From: Octopus vulgaris
Lineage: Eukaryota
Direction: 5' to 3'
Assembly (NCBI GenBank): GCA_951406725.2
Contig: OX597828.1
Location: 73,346,001-73,410,000, forward strand
Length of the DNA stretch: 64,000 bases
Shown piece by piece: positions 40,954 through 54,135 of this stretch. The first letter of the stretch is position 1; each line of letters opens with the position of its first letter. Below the pieces are notes generated by a model. The model did no database searches, was not told the DNA's origin, and saw nothing but the letters and a program-made list of their open reading frames with translations. The position numbers and the translations under genes were made by a program.

Positions 40954-42117
40954 ACAATTGATTTATGCATAAAGATATAAAGATGTGTTGTAAATATATA
41001 AACAAACAATATCATATGCATTTGTGTGTATATATATATATACGTATCTTGTGTTCTTTCTGCCTAACAAGTTTTACGTACGTCTTCAACGTACAGTCTA
41101 ATTACATCAACGGAAACTAGTATATATTCAAAGACGTCAGAAAGCGGTGCTTGCATATAGAAAACACCTACACAACTCTGGTAATATATTATGATTCTAT
41201 GAGGGCTACCTTGCATATTGAAGAGCAGCAAAAACATTTCAACCAATGGAAATTACATTCATAATGAAAAAAATTACATCGACGTAATGATGATTGTTTT
41301 GAGATTACATGAAATTTGAAATATTCTTTTCACAATAGACTCATGAATTGAATTTTCGTTGGCAGAGTTTTTCTATTTCTTCGACCAGTGTCCCTAAAGC
41401 TCTTATTTCATTGACACAGAATGGATAAAGAAGACCAAGTTAAATATTGGAATCTATACAGCAAAGAATTTTCCCCATGAATTAAAGGTTCTGACTGTTC
41501 ACTGTCTTCTACCATTGAAATAATGAATAAAAATTAAATGAAAACAGGCGTTGGAGTGATATCAGTGCTTGATAAATGTAGTGACAATTTTCGACATTTT
41601 CACTCAGATCAGATGTCGTCAGCATAGTATAACCAAGCACGTAATTATCAGGATTTGAAATTCTTTGAGATTATATAGTTTCTTTCGTGTGAGATATGTT
41701 AATTAATTAGGCACTTTTAAATTATCTTATTCGAAAATTTCATGGAATACTCTATAAGGAATATATTTACAATGACGAAATCATAAATAGTTTTTTAAAA
41801 GAGAATTTTCTACGTTGTGTTTCCACATTGTACGAATGGAACAAAGTTTCTCCAATGTTATACTATACTCTCTTCAAAATGGATTCACGCATTAGATTGT
41901 GTAGTTCAAGATACGATATAACCGAAAGAAACAAAAGACAAGATTTTAACGTCGGTCCTAAAATGTCTTTGAACATAATATTTTGATCAGGACAGAGAAT
42001 AAAATGTATGCATTTAAGGACACAGGCGAACGTGCACACATACGCCTGGCTATACACACAGATAAATGGTATAAACACATACATTGATACATATGAAGAG
42101 AACGAAAGAGAACCAGT

Positions 42118-42203
<86 letters not shown>

Positions 42204-42214
42204 ATATTTATATA

Positions 42215-42320
<106 letters not shown>

Positions 42321-43087
42321 AATGCGTGTGTGTGTACCGAAAATGCTTAATTCGTTCGGACTGATGCATTGTATTACGTTTGTGTTTAACCCAAAATTTG
42401 TGAGACTATCAACAGTTGAAGACCTGTCAGGTTTTATGTTCCCCATAAAATAGTTTTCCTCGCCAGTTTTAATGCCTCTGTTTCACTGCTGCTGATATTG
42501 AGGAGAACGACCTTGAGCAATTTTTTCCTTTGTTCTCACTAAACTTTTAAAATGTTCTATTTAACTGCGATATTTATTTTACAGCAATAAACAGTTTATA
42601 TTTGATAGAACATATTTTGTAGATTCTTTTATATATTGCTACTAATATGGCTTCTACGATCGTTTCAGAATTTTTATCTTTCAATATAGAATTGTTTATA
42701 TTGTCTATTTATCATACTGTTCCGTAGAAGCATAGTACTTCAGGGACAAGGTGGGGGTATCTGTATGCTGTATGTTTCAAAGTTTGTGTTTATCATATGA
42801 ATTCTATAAACAAATTTAGGCCATACAACGTTTATTAAAGGACTTACAATATTTGTATTTGCTAGGTATGTGTGAGTTTAAATTGCATTTGTGTGCCACG
42901 TACCCCTTCTATCCATGAAAATACTCTTGGTCGTTTTTCAGCTTTTGAATATATATATATGTACCGACACATATATATAATAAATATACATATGTGTGTG
43001 TATTTTCTGTATACACTTACATACCTGCCTGTGTGTGTGTGCTAAACGTGCGTACTGCATTTTCATGCCGCCATAATTATACTTATA

Positions 43088-43472
43088 CTAGCAGTATCGC
43101 CCGGCGTTGCTCAGGTTTGTAAGGGAAATAACTATAAAGCATTTTTAGAGAGTTATAGCCAAAAAATAGCAAAAAAAATGGAAAAAAAATGATGGTAAAT
43201 TTTTTTTGAGAGTTAAAAAAGGTGGAGTTGCGTCCCCTAGACGGTCTGTGGTTTGGGTTTCTGATTCTCGACCCCATGTCGAATTTATCGATTTTTTTCA
43301 GAACTGGGGGAACTTTTCAAAATTTTCGCTGCGTTAGTTTTGAATTATGACATTGGGCTATGTGTGTGTCAAGTTTCATCAGAATCGGTTGAAAGCCGTG
43401 GTCAGAGTGAGGGTACGAGAAAACAGACACACAGAAAACGCACAGACAAACTGCCGTTTATATAGAGAGAGA
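43088..43472 (-). mobile_element. Non-autonomous Helitron
   Basis: On the minus strand: A|TC 5' end, GC-rich subterminal hairpin (CCTGAGCAACGCCGGG) about 8 nt before a CTAG|T 3' end, no TSD; internal AAGTTTCATCAGAATCGG and ACAG-type microsatellite as in Lep1-like Helitrons. Confidence 0.8.
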
Positions 43473-43561
43473 TGTATGTATATGTATGTATATATACATA
43501 TATATACTTATATAAATACACACACACACACACGCACACGCACATCCATACACACACGCAT

Positions 43562-43611
<50 letters not shown>

Positions 43612-43727
43612 CATAATGATGAAAGAAAGCAAATGGATGTATAAATAATGTATTTGTATGTTATAATAAGGCGGGATTTTTTATAAAAACAATACAAATA
43701 AAGCTCTAAAAGAAAGGGCAGAATCCG

Positions 43728-43854
43728 AAGGCCTACATATATGTTTCGAATCATTCCCCTAGATGATTAGTAATTCTATGCATTTGGGTAGGGTCATATA
43801 CTTAGAATTGGTCATCGTTTTCAACTATAGGGGGCAGAATCTCATCAGGGCTTT
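43728..43854 (-). ncRNA. Type I hammerhead ribozyme candidate with intact core and long stem II
   Basis: Minus strand: aaagcc-CTGATGA-gattc...[ccccta/tagggg, gatga/tcatc, aattcta/tagaatt]...gattc-GAAA-catatatg-TA-ggcctt. Confidence 0.75.
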
Positions 43855-44137
43855 ATGAGTTTATGCTACAAATATTAATATATTTCTTGAAAGGATTGCA
43901 GACGATTTACTGATATGTTTAAGAAGTTAGATCGCATATATTATGCGTATGTATTTCGCTAGTGAATTATAGATGTGGGTAAAGATAAAGATGCAAGTAA
44001 AGATTTTCTTTCTTTCATCATTATGTACTGGTGCAATAATAAACATATCGCCGAGGATATCTCCTTATATGATAGTGATTAACCAATGTAATTCTTGGAT
44101 TATCTAATCCCTAATAAGGACATGACATCCTCGAATT

Positions 44138-44182
<45 letters not shown>

Positions 44183-44185
<3 letters not shown>

Positions 44186-44362
44186 CTGTCCTTACCTTCG
44201 AAACACGCACGGAGTCGAACCGGGGACAGCTGATGAAGGGGAATGTTCCTTGTGTAGTTTGTCCTGTGTTCTGTTTTTTCGTTGTTAAAAAAAGTCCGTT
44301 CCCTTGTTTTTATGTTTTCGCTTCTCGTTGAGTTCTACGTCTATTTGTGGTGTCCTGTACTC
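44183..44362 (+). mobile_element. Short TA-flanked element with hammerhead core motifs (possibly a Penelope-type terminal repeat)
   Basis: Contains CGAAAC, GTC and CTGATGAAGGGG, followed by a T-rich tail; (TA)n on both sides. Confidence 0.45.
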
Positions 44363-44529
44363 ACATATATATATATATTTATATATGCATGTATATATAC
44401 ATGTAGATGTAGGTACGTACATATATGTATGTATGTATGTATGCATATATTTTATTTATTACATTATTGTATGACTGAGCGCCCTCGCGTCGTTTCGTTT
44501 CGTTTCTTTCCTTTCTCCCAATATGCTTT

Positions 44530-44601
<72 letters not shown>

Positions 44602-44611
44602 TGTGTGTGTG

Positions 44612-44646
<35 letters not shown>

Positions 44647-45420
44647 GTTTACTTGTGTACTTGATTTACTTACGATTAATACCCGGAATGAATAATATAT
44701 TTAGGTGTTGGTTTTTAGCTCAGTTGACTTCGTATAGAAATATATTATTGAAGAACATAATTTCCTGGTGTTAGACTCACCTTCATGCCTTGAAGCACCT
44801 ATCCATATATTCTGTACAATTACTGGATGACTGCTTCTCTTTTAATTTAAATTCCACCAAGGTCAACTTCGATTACTTCTTTTTCACCGTCTAGTATTTC
44901 GCGAAAGGACGTCGGATTACAAATCCTAAGGCTAACGTTGGCGGTGAGGTTTCATTTCAAAGAGCGATGCAATGCTGTTTATTGATCTTTTATTTTTCTT
45001 AGTTTTACGAAAAATAATACACCCAGCGATTCGTTAAGAAATTCCTATTTGTTAAATTAGCATTTGCAATTATTTTAAGACCAAGCTTAATGAAGAATAG
45101 TACAAGGTTCTTTTTGAAAAATAACGAAAGAATAATTATCTCGTAGGTGTGAATTTACGAAACCATTATCTCGGCATGTATCAGCGTTATGGTCGACGAA
45201 CGTGTATTTTAGGAAGCTAGTATATAGAAACCGTACTTACGGTATAAACCAGCGCAGTCTTAGAGACGCCATGCAGGAGTCGAATTTGTACCCAGGTAAA
45301 GCTACAACTGAATTGGCGGGTTTTGCGTATTTGCAGGGTCAGCTCTGGTTTTACTTGTCTATAAGGATGAATTTACATATACGATCGAAAACCTTAACTG
45401 ACTGGGATCATGTTATTACA

Positions 45421-45837
45421 AGAGTGGCTGTGTGGTAAGTTGCTTGCTTACGAACCACATGGTTCCCGGTTCAGTCCAACTGCGTGGCATCTTGGGTAAG
45501 TGTCTTCTGCTATAGCCCCGGGCGACCAATGCCTTGTGAGTGGATTTGGTAGACGGAAACTGAAAGAAGCCTGTCGTATATATGTATATATATGTATATA
45601 TGTGTATGTGTGTGTGTTTGTGTGTGTGTGTGTGTTTGTCTCCCTAGCATTGCTTGACAACCGATGCTGATGTGTTTACGTCTCCGTCACTTAGCGGTTC
45701 GGCAAAAGAGACCGATAGAATAAGTAGTGGGCTTACAAACAATAAGTCCCGAGGTCGATTTGCTCGACTAAAGGCGGTGCTCCAGCATGGCCGCAGTCAA
45801 ATGACTGAAACAAGTAAAAGAGTAAAAGAGTAAAAGA
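45421..45837 (+). mobile_element. SINE family A, full length
   Basis: Complete match with a (GTAAAAGA)3 tail. Confidence 0.93.
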
Positions 45838-45889
45838 CTATAAACGTGGGTATTTTAGCCATGCCTTCTAAACTCATCCATGCATAACC

Positions 45890-46070
45890 TAGTGAAAATT
45901 ATGCAGGATGCGAGGTTTCGAAATCTTACAAGTTCATCAACCAAAAGATCGGTCTTTACCGAGAAGATGGTTTAGCATTTTCACAGCATTGCTATAGCCA
46001 TGCATTGAATGCTCTCCGAAATAACTTTATTGCACGCTTCAGTAACCCCGACTTCAAAATAAATCTGTAT
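45890..46070 (+). pseudogene. Penelope-like element reverse transcriptase fragment
   Basis: In-frame NYAGCEVS...IGLYREDGLAF...FKINL matches the PLE motifs SYDGAEVC / GLYRDDGL / GLKITI. Confidence 0.65.
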
Positions 46071-46313
46071 ATTAGCGCATCAAAACGTGAGTTGTAATTT
46101 ATTCTGTGAAAGACACACAGATTGATTTATGTATCGATGTTCGAGGATCTAAAAGCCTTATAAAGTAATTCAAAAAATGAAGTATTTGCCTAACAGAGAA
46201 GAAATTAATTTTCCAAAGCAAAAACATCTGTGACGTCTAACTACCTAATCTCTAAAAGTGAAATTTTTGTCGAATGCCCTTATTCAGATTAATCCATATT
46301 AGCCACCTAGAGA

Positions 46314-46378
46314 GCCCAAACTACAGGTCATACCCCAAACTACAGGTCATACCCCAAACTACAGATCATACCCCAAAC
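46314..46378. repeat. 19-bp minisatellite, ~3.4 copies (CCCCAAACTACAGGTCATA)
   Basis: Read directly from the sequence. Confidence 0.92.
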
Positions 46379-46511
46379 ATGAGAGTCACGCTACTACGAA
46401 GGGTGCGTAATTATTCCTTTTCTTTTTCTTCATTCATTTATCCCTTTTTCTGTCATTCATTTATCCAATTTTTCTAATACTGCCAAGCCATGGTCGTTTC
46501 TATATGTTTAT

Positions 46512-46835
46512 TCTTAAAGACTCCGCCGGTTACGACGACGAGGGTCCCAGCTGATACGATCAACGGAACAGCTTGCTCGTGAAATTAACGTGCAAATGGC
46601 TGAGCATTCCACAGACACGTGTACCCTTAACGTAGTTCTCGGGGATAATCAGCGTGACACAGAGAGTGACAAGGCTGACCCTTTGAAATACAAGTACAAC
46701 TCATTTTTGCCAGCTGAGTGGACTGGAGCAACGTGAAATAAAGTGTCTTGCTCAAGGACACAACGCGTCGCCGGGAATCGAACTCACAACCTTACGATCA
46801 TGAGCCGAATGCCCTAACCACTAAGCCACGCGTCC
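46512..46835 (-). mobile_element. tRNA-derived SINE family D (tail Y) with 13-bp TSD
   Basis: A box TGGCTTAGTGG, B box GTTCGATTCCC, CORE-like GTGTCCTTGAGCAAGACACTT; TSD TCTATATGTTTAT at 46499-46511 and 46836-46848. Confidence 0.92.
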
Positions 46836-47102
46836 TCTATATGTTTATATGAATAAGGCTATCACTGGTGCCAAAGCGACCACCGACTAACAGATAACCA
46901 GGACCATATTGATTTATGGGTTTAGATATAGAGAAAGACTGTTTATGAACATGAGGGTTATTGCATAAGCAGGGTATATATATACACATATCTTACTCAA
47001 TAAATTTAACCTCCGTTAAAACCTGTCTGCATACACCCCCACGCATACGTATACATACGCATATACATATGTGTATATATATATATGCATATGCACACGC
47101 AC

Positions 47103-47134
<32 letters not shown>

Positions 47135-47181
47135 GCATATGCACACGCACATATATATAAATATATATATATATATATTTC

Positions 47182-47228
<47 letters not shown>

Positions 47229-47853
47229 ATGTGTGTATGCATATGCATATATAAATATATACATATTCTATACGTGTGTGTGTTTGTGTTTCTTTGCGAC
47301 CCTGTATTTTCGTCTTTGTTCGTGCTTCCATATTTTATAACGTATGTTGTGTTAAATAGTACCACCATTTGAAATGCGATATTCATCATATCTTCTCTGT
47401 ACAGATAGCAATTTAGCCACAATTTGATACTTCTACGATTAATAAATATACAGGCATAGAGACTGTTCTGAATATATTCAAGCATATTTTAAGAATATTA
47501 TCGATTTCGTGGGAAGTAATTTATAACCTTACCGAAAACACAAGACAATAAACAGTTCAAAATTTATTCTTAATGAGATAGGCTTGTATATCAATTTACA
47601 CATTAGGGGGCATTTCATATGCTAATAATATACCACCTTAGCAAATGGGGGTATGTGCTTGTTGTGTGTGTGTGTGTGTATAAATTTGGCAAAGCTTCGA
47701 GTATTCGAATAAAAATTTATTAAAAATTATGAAAAATTACACTTCGTTGCGGCCACGTGAAAATGTTGGAAGAAATAAATACATTTGTTGTTTATATCTA
47801 TATGTTTGGTGTTGTTGCTGATGTTATTGTTACCGACGGTGGTATAATATTTG

Positions 47854-48247
47854 GTGGAGGCGCAATGGCCCAGTGGTTAGGGCAGGGGACTCGCGGTCAT
47901 AGGATCGCAGTTTCGATTCCCAAACCGGGTGTTGTGAGTGTTTATTGAGCGAAAAACACCTAAAGATCCACGAGGCTCCGGCAGAGATGGTGGTGATCCC
48001 TGCTGTACTCTTTCACCACAACTTTCTCTCACTCTTACTTCCTGTTTCTGTTGTACCTGTATTTCAAAGGGCCGGCCTTGTCACTCTCTGTGTCACGCTG
48101 AATATCCCCGAGAACTACGTTAAGGGTACACGTGTCTGTGGAGTGCTCAGCCACTTACACGTTAATTTCACGAGCAGGCTGTTCCGTTGATTCGGATCAA
48201 CCGGAACCCTCATCGTCGTAACCGACGGAGTGCTTTCTTCCTTCTTA
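47854..48247 (+). mobile_element. tRNA-derived SINE family C (tail Y) with 13-bp TSD
   Basis: A box TGGCCCAGTGG, B box TTCGATTCCC; TSD GGTATAATATTTG at 47841-47853 and 48248-48260. Confidence 0.92.
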
Positions 48248-48367
48248 GGTATAATATTTGTTGCTGATGTTTCCATTGCTGTTCATATCTTTATTGCTGT
48301 TAATGTTGTTGTTTTTATTTGTTGTATTTATAGCCGCTGTGATATGTTTTTGTCGGTATTTCTTTTA

Positions 48368-48498
48368 CGGCAGAAACGTTAGCACGACGGGCGAAATGCG
48401 TGGCCGTATTTCGTCTGCCGTTACGTTCTGAGTTCAAATTCCGCAGAGGTCGACTTTGCTTTTCATCCTTTCGGGGTCGATGAAACAAGTACCAGTTG
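48368..48498 (+). mobile_element. SINE family B, 5' portion
   Basis: ggcagaaacgttagcac...gagttcaaattccg...gtaccagttg. Confidence 0.88.
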
Positions 48499-48677
48499 AA
48501 CACACACACAGACACACACACACACACACACACAAGCTCGCACGCACACGCGTACACGCGTACACACGTGGACACACACATACACACGTGCACGCATACA
48601 TACGCACACATATACACAAAATTCAAAATAATAAATGGCGACAATTTACTCATCGCACCCTGCATATTTGTGTATAC

Positions 48678-48734
<57 letters not shown>

Positions 48735-48751
48735 CATACATAAATATACAT

Positions 48752-48812
<61 letters not shown>

Positions 48813-50104
48813 AATGTAATTCTCATTTTATATTTTACTCATACCGAGTGTTGTCTTTGGTGAAATGAGGCACAAGACAAGACGTGTCAGGAATGTGGTA
48901 TAGTCTCGGTCACCTAATATCACCGGATACTATCCTCTAAGATCCTGTGTTTGTAGTCGTCTTCCTCATCTTCCCTACAATATTGCTGTTGTTGCTTAGT
49001 TGCTGGTAGGCTCGTGATTAAGCGGTCATTGTATAGAAGATTGTTCTATGAACGTAACGTATATATTTTTTGACAGAACATATTTCTACTATATTATCCA
49101 TTGCGTAATAGATCTTCACTTTTCAAGATGCTAGTACGTGATCTGAGAGAAATTGTCTTGCTTTTTCTAGCAAATAGAATCACCTTATAGGCTGAAATAT
49201 GACACGAGAGAACGAAGAAGAAACATACAGAAAATAGGATAAACACGCAAAGGACATGGAACCGCATACGCTCGTCAGTTACGTACCAAAAATCATCACA
49301 GTTTCGACACCTTGCCACTCACGCACAAATATGGCTGTGGTTGTCGCAGTAGCTGTTGTGGTAGTTGTTGCGACTGTTGTTGTTTATGTTGTCTACAAAT
49401 TATCCGAATTCTTTCAGATTCTTCATTTATATTTGACTGTTCCTTTTCCTTTTTTAAAATATGGTAAACTTTGAGAGTTATACTGCCTCTGTTTCAAGAA
49501 ATCCAATGGCGCAGCAGAGAGACCCTCGTAGGTTTGGTGTACTTAAAAACAAAAATTAGGACAAACGAATACAGCCTTTTTTCTTGCATAACTTTCCTAT
49601 GTCATGAGGGCATTAAAACCGCGTTTGGTACTCCATTCGTGTTTAGCTGTGAGCTTAACTAGGAGCCTAAAGATTCATGTGCTAAATACAACAGCTAAAT
49701 CTTCCTCAAATCATAATTCTCCGTTTAAAGTATAGCTGAGAGAAGTACACACGTTAGTATTTCTAGATACCTCAACAAAATCCTCGTGGCCATACTTTGA
49801 TCATAATACAGATTGAAAAGAAAAGTCCACCTGGGGTTAAACCGCGACCAAAACGTGGTTACATATCAGTTTGAACATTAGAAACCAATTATCTTAGGTT
49901 ATCGAGTAGGTGGAACAAAAATAAATAAAAAATAAATCGCAAGCAAACGGAAACAAAGAGCCTCATTAGTTAGATGCATTTGGCAGAAGGAATTCTAGAA
50001 AAGAACTTACTGAAGGGAATTTGCTTAAATTCTTCATATTCTCAGAACATTACAAAAGAAAAATTCCCTTTTTTTTTTGTCTTTTACTGGACGGCTTATT
50101 ATTA

Positions 50105-50157
<53 letters not shown>

Positions 50158-50683
50158 TTCTAATTTTTGTTCATAATAACGAAAAGTATCAATATCGGAT
50201 AAAATAGCTGATAAGGACTAAAGGCTGTTTAAAAAGCCATAAAACCGGTCCAAATGTTTTCTGTGTTTCTTTCTTAAAGAACTCCTTTATTCAAACTAAA
50301 TATTTTGTTTTTATGTTCAATATTTGTGTGTTTTATGTTTGCTTTTGTCTCCCGATTTCCCGTATCTGATTATTTTTGTAGTTTATTTCGTATTATCTTT
50401 CTATTTTTGAGGCATGCAAGAAAGATTTCTGCCGGAGAGTATTTCATTCTGACAATGTATCATTCCAATCACAAGAATGTTGTTAATAAAGCGTGTTACT
50501 AGTCATGGTTCGATTAATTCCCAGATAATGTCAGAAAGAACAACGGCCAACGGGATTTTTAATCTCTTTTCAATTGTTTTGTTTTCATTTTGCGCACGCG
50601 CGTGCTTCATTTTATGTTATCTATGTGTTAGGTACTTTAACACACACACATACACACGCAAAAACACACACACACATATGTGT

Positions 50684-50741
<58 letters not shown>

Positions 50742-50802
50742 CAATGCGCTAGTCAGAATGAGTGCTGAAACCGCATAGGCGGATACATATTCTTTATTTG
50801 TG

Positions 50803-50838
<36 letters not shown>

Positions 50839-50963
50839 ATACACAAATGCACACACACATATACACGCATACAGAGACGCACACGTAAACAAACACGTAT
50901 TTATAATTGATTTGAATTGTCGAAAGATCCAGTATATACATACATACATACATATATATATAC

Positions 50964-51104
<141 letters not shown>

Positions 51105-51311
51105 TACATATATACATATACAAATGCATATACACAGACACATATACACGCATACACAGACACACAGACAGAAACGCATGTATTTATAATTGATTTGAAT
51201 TGTTGTCGAAAGATGCAGTTAGTGTTAGCTTATCGCCTCGCTTTAAGAAATACACGCGTCGTAACCAGATGACAAAGTTAAGAATGGAAAACACGCCAAA
51301 TTAACAGCACG

Positions 51312-51342
<31 letters not shown>

Positions 51343-51867
51343 AAAACAACAACAACAACAATAATAACAACAATAACAATAATATTAATAACTCACGTGC
51401 GGGTAAAAATTAGGAAATGGGGCGTGTTTTGTATGTTGCAAATAAAATGTTAACTATTGGGATTTTAAACTACTAACTTGCAAAACGAGAAACGCAACCA
51501 AATTCTTAACGTGTCAAAGACTTCGATATCTTTGGCTGCTGATATTTGTTGGGGTTTTTTCTCCTTTTTTTTTTTCTTCTTGCTATTGCAATTCTTCACT
51601 TCTCTTTACACTACATACAAAGGTAGGTTTTACAACAGAATCTATAATGAGAAGAAATATTTCGCTGATTGTGTCTGAGAGATATTTCGCTGATTGAGAA
51701 CAGGCATTTAATTTTCCTTTGCATGTTTGAAACGACGTGGGTTCAGATTCAGTCTCCCCGTCTCTTGCGACACATTGGAAAAACTATAATTTGTCTTATA
51801 AACGAGCCAACCTGGATAGAAAAAAAAGTGGCCCTCCACCAGTTACGGCGACGTGTGTTCCAGTTCA

Positions 51868-52203
51868 TTCTTTTACTTGTTTTATTCACTTGACTGTGAC
51901 CATGCTGGAGCACTGCCTTTAGTCGAACAAATCGACCCCAAGACTTATTCCTTGTAAGCCTAATACTTATTCTATCGGTCTCTAAGCCGAACTGCTACTT
52001 TACGGGGAGGTAATCACACAAACGTCAGTAGTCAAGTGATGGTGGGGGGCAAACACACACACAAATACATACACAAACACAGACACACACAACACACACA
52101 CACACATCCACTCACAAGGCTTTGGTCTGCCCTATGCTATAATAGTGGTACGGAGCCCGGAATCATGTGGTTGGTAAGCAAGCTTCTTACCATACAGCCA
52201 CTC
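51868..52203 (-). mobile_element. SINE family A with internal deletions
   Basis: Reverse-strand tail and head recognisable. Confidence 0.8.
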
Positions 52204-52537
52204 TTGTTTTTCCGTTGAACGCCACCATTTGGCCTTTGGTGACTTGTTTTCCAAAGTCTTCCCTCTATTCTAAGCTTTCACGTCAGACCTCCGTTCCGAA
52301 AATAACCTGACAATAGTCATAGAGATTTCCATAAAGGTCATCGGAACTCCCACATATATCCACTGACTAACTTACCAAATTCTACGCATACTTGAACGAA
52401 CGCAGACATGTTTGTTCTTCCTTGTGTAATGACCACGTGACATGACGTAGTCGTTTGTTCGGTTACCGAAGAAATAATTAAATACACGCAATGTGTAGCT
52501 TGGTACTCCTAGTCTTTCCCATTCCCTTTATACCTTA

Positions 52538-52599
<62 letters not shown>

Positions 52600-52780
52600 A
52601 CACATATGTACATATATACGTCGAGCTTCTTTTAGTTTCCGCCTCCCATATCCACTCACAACGCTTTGATCGGCCCGAGGTTATAATAGAAAACACTTGT
52701 CCTAGGTACAACGCACGCACTGGGAATGAACCCGGAACGATGTGATTCTGAAGCAAGCTTCTTACCACGCACCCACTCCT
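52600..52780 (-). mobile_element. SINE family A head, diverged
   Basis: tccactcacaacgctttgatcggcccgagg...gaacccggaac. Confidence 0.75.
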
Positions 52781-53599
52781 TCAGTTCCTAAAGCTCCCTA
52801 CATGCGCACATTTCATTTCAATCTTGAGAAGCACATTTTGTTTTAAAATCGTATCATTAAAAACAGAAAGCATGGAACGTTAGAACGTAACGAGCATTTT
52901 GTTTGACGATGGCAATGCAGTTAATTTAACGGAACCCTTAACACGTTTCTTTCTATTTTATCGGCTTCACAACGATGAAATAATGACTTTATCTGAATTG
53001 ATTTGAACTTATGAGAAACCCAGTTTTAAAAAATAAAAGTTAATCTTCTTTGGCATCATTCCATGGTTTTCTAGCAATTATGTCTCTCAATTACCTTGTC
53101 CATCTTTAATAGAAGCAATAATCAAAATTACTTTATCCTTATTCGTACATTCATGGCTCTGAAAAATACAGAAAATAACATAATAATAGCCGTTGGCATT
53201 GGATCAGTTGTCTTTAAATTTCTCAAAACATTTCTGAATAAACAACTGGTTTTTTTTTTGTTTTTTTGGGGGGGTTTCTTTCTCTTACTTCATAAACAAA
53301 CAATAAATTCGACATTTTAGTTTCGACAACGAAGGTTCCGCCCCCCCCAACCCCGCTTTATTTTTAATACTGGAGAAAATGAAACAAAAAGAAAACTTCT
53401 ATATTAATTTTTCAGGTTTCCCTATTGTTACAGCTTTCACGGCGAAACGTTGTTTTGTATTGTTTTGTTGTTTAACTTTGTTGTATCCAGCCATTATTTT
53501 TTTCCGTAATTTCGAAGTGACATCCTGCCAATGATAATTAAACAAATTCATTCTTCTTTATTATCACTTTCTATTTCTATTTACTCTTCTCATTTATTT

Positions 53600-53975
53600 A
53601 TTTGTAAGTGCATTCATTCGTTATAAGTATATTAATTCCATAATATACTTGTTTGTTTATAAATGTATTTATTTCGCTTTATTTATATTTCCAGATAAGT
53701 GTACATATTTCTTTGTAAATCTACTTATTCCGTTATAATTATAATTATTTCGTTTTAAGTTTACTTATTTCGTGATAATAAATGCATGTATTTTCTTAAA
53801 AGTGTACATCTACGTTGTTAACTCTCTTCGCTGGAATACTAGATATTTCGTCACATGTTTACTTCTGTTCTAAGTGTATTTATTTGCTTATAAGTATACC
53901 ATTGAGTTATAAATGTACGTTTTTGTAAGTGTATTTACATTGCTATAAGTGTATATATTTATTATATAAATTGGT
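53600..53975. repeat. Degenerate ~20-bp minisatellite (approximate consensus TTATAAGTGTATTTATTTCG)
   Basis: Recurrent TAAGTGTA..TATT.CG units; a related block lies at ~55195-55240. Confidence 0.6.
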
Positions 53976-54014
53976 ATTTAATTATAACTGAACTATAACA
54001 CCTTTGCTGTTAAT

Positions 54015-54135
54015 TTACCTGACGTCGAATCTGTGACCATTAAACATTTTGTTTAATTGTTCTGTTGTGCAACCAACATAAATTAAGTTGTGTTTCGTGC
54101 ATTCTGCAGCGTACACTAATTGGGAATCTTCAAAT
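54015..54135 (-). pseudogene. GIY-YIG endonuclease fragment (Penelope-like element)
   Basis: SQLVYAAECTKHNLIYVGCTTEQLNKMFNGHR fits the PLE GIY-YIG pattern S.NVIY.I.C..C...YVG.T...L..R...H. Confidence 0.75.

Noticed and set aside
46314-46378. Short direct repeats considered as a CRISPR-like array
   Set aside because: Head-to-tail 19-bp units with no spacers, in a eukaryotic context with no cas genes.
46770-47930. tRNA-like A/B box sequences (46770-46835 minus, 47856-47930 plus)
   Set aside because: They are SINE heads: they continue into shared repeat bodies, are bounded by TSDs, and I see no complete cloverleaf.
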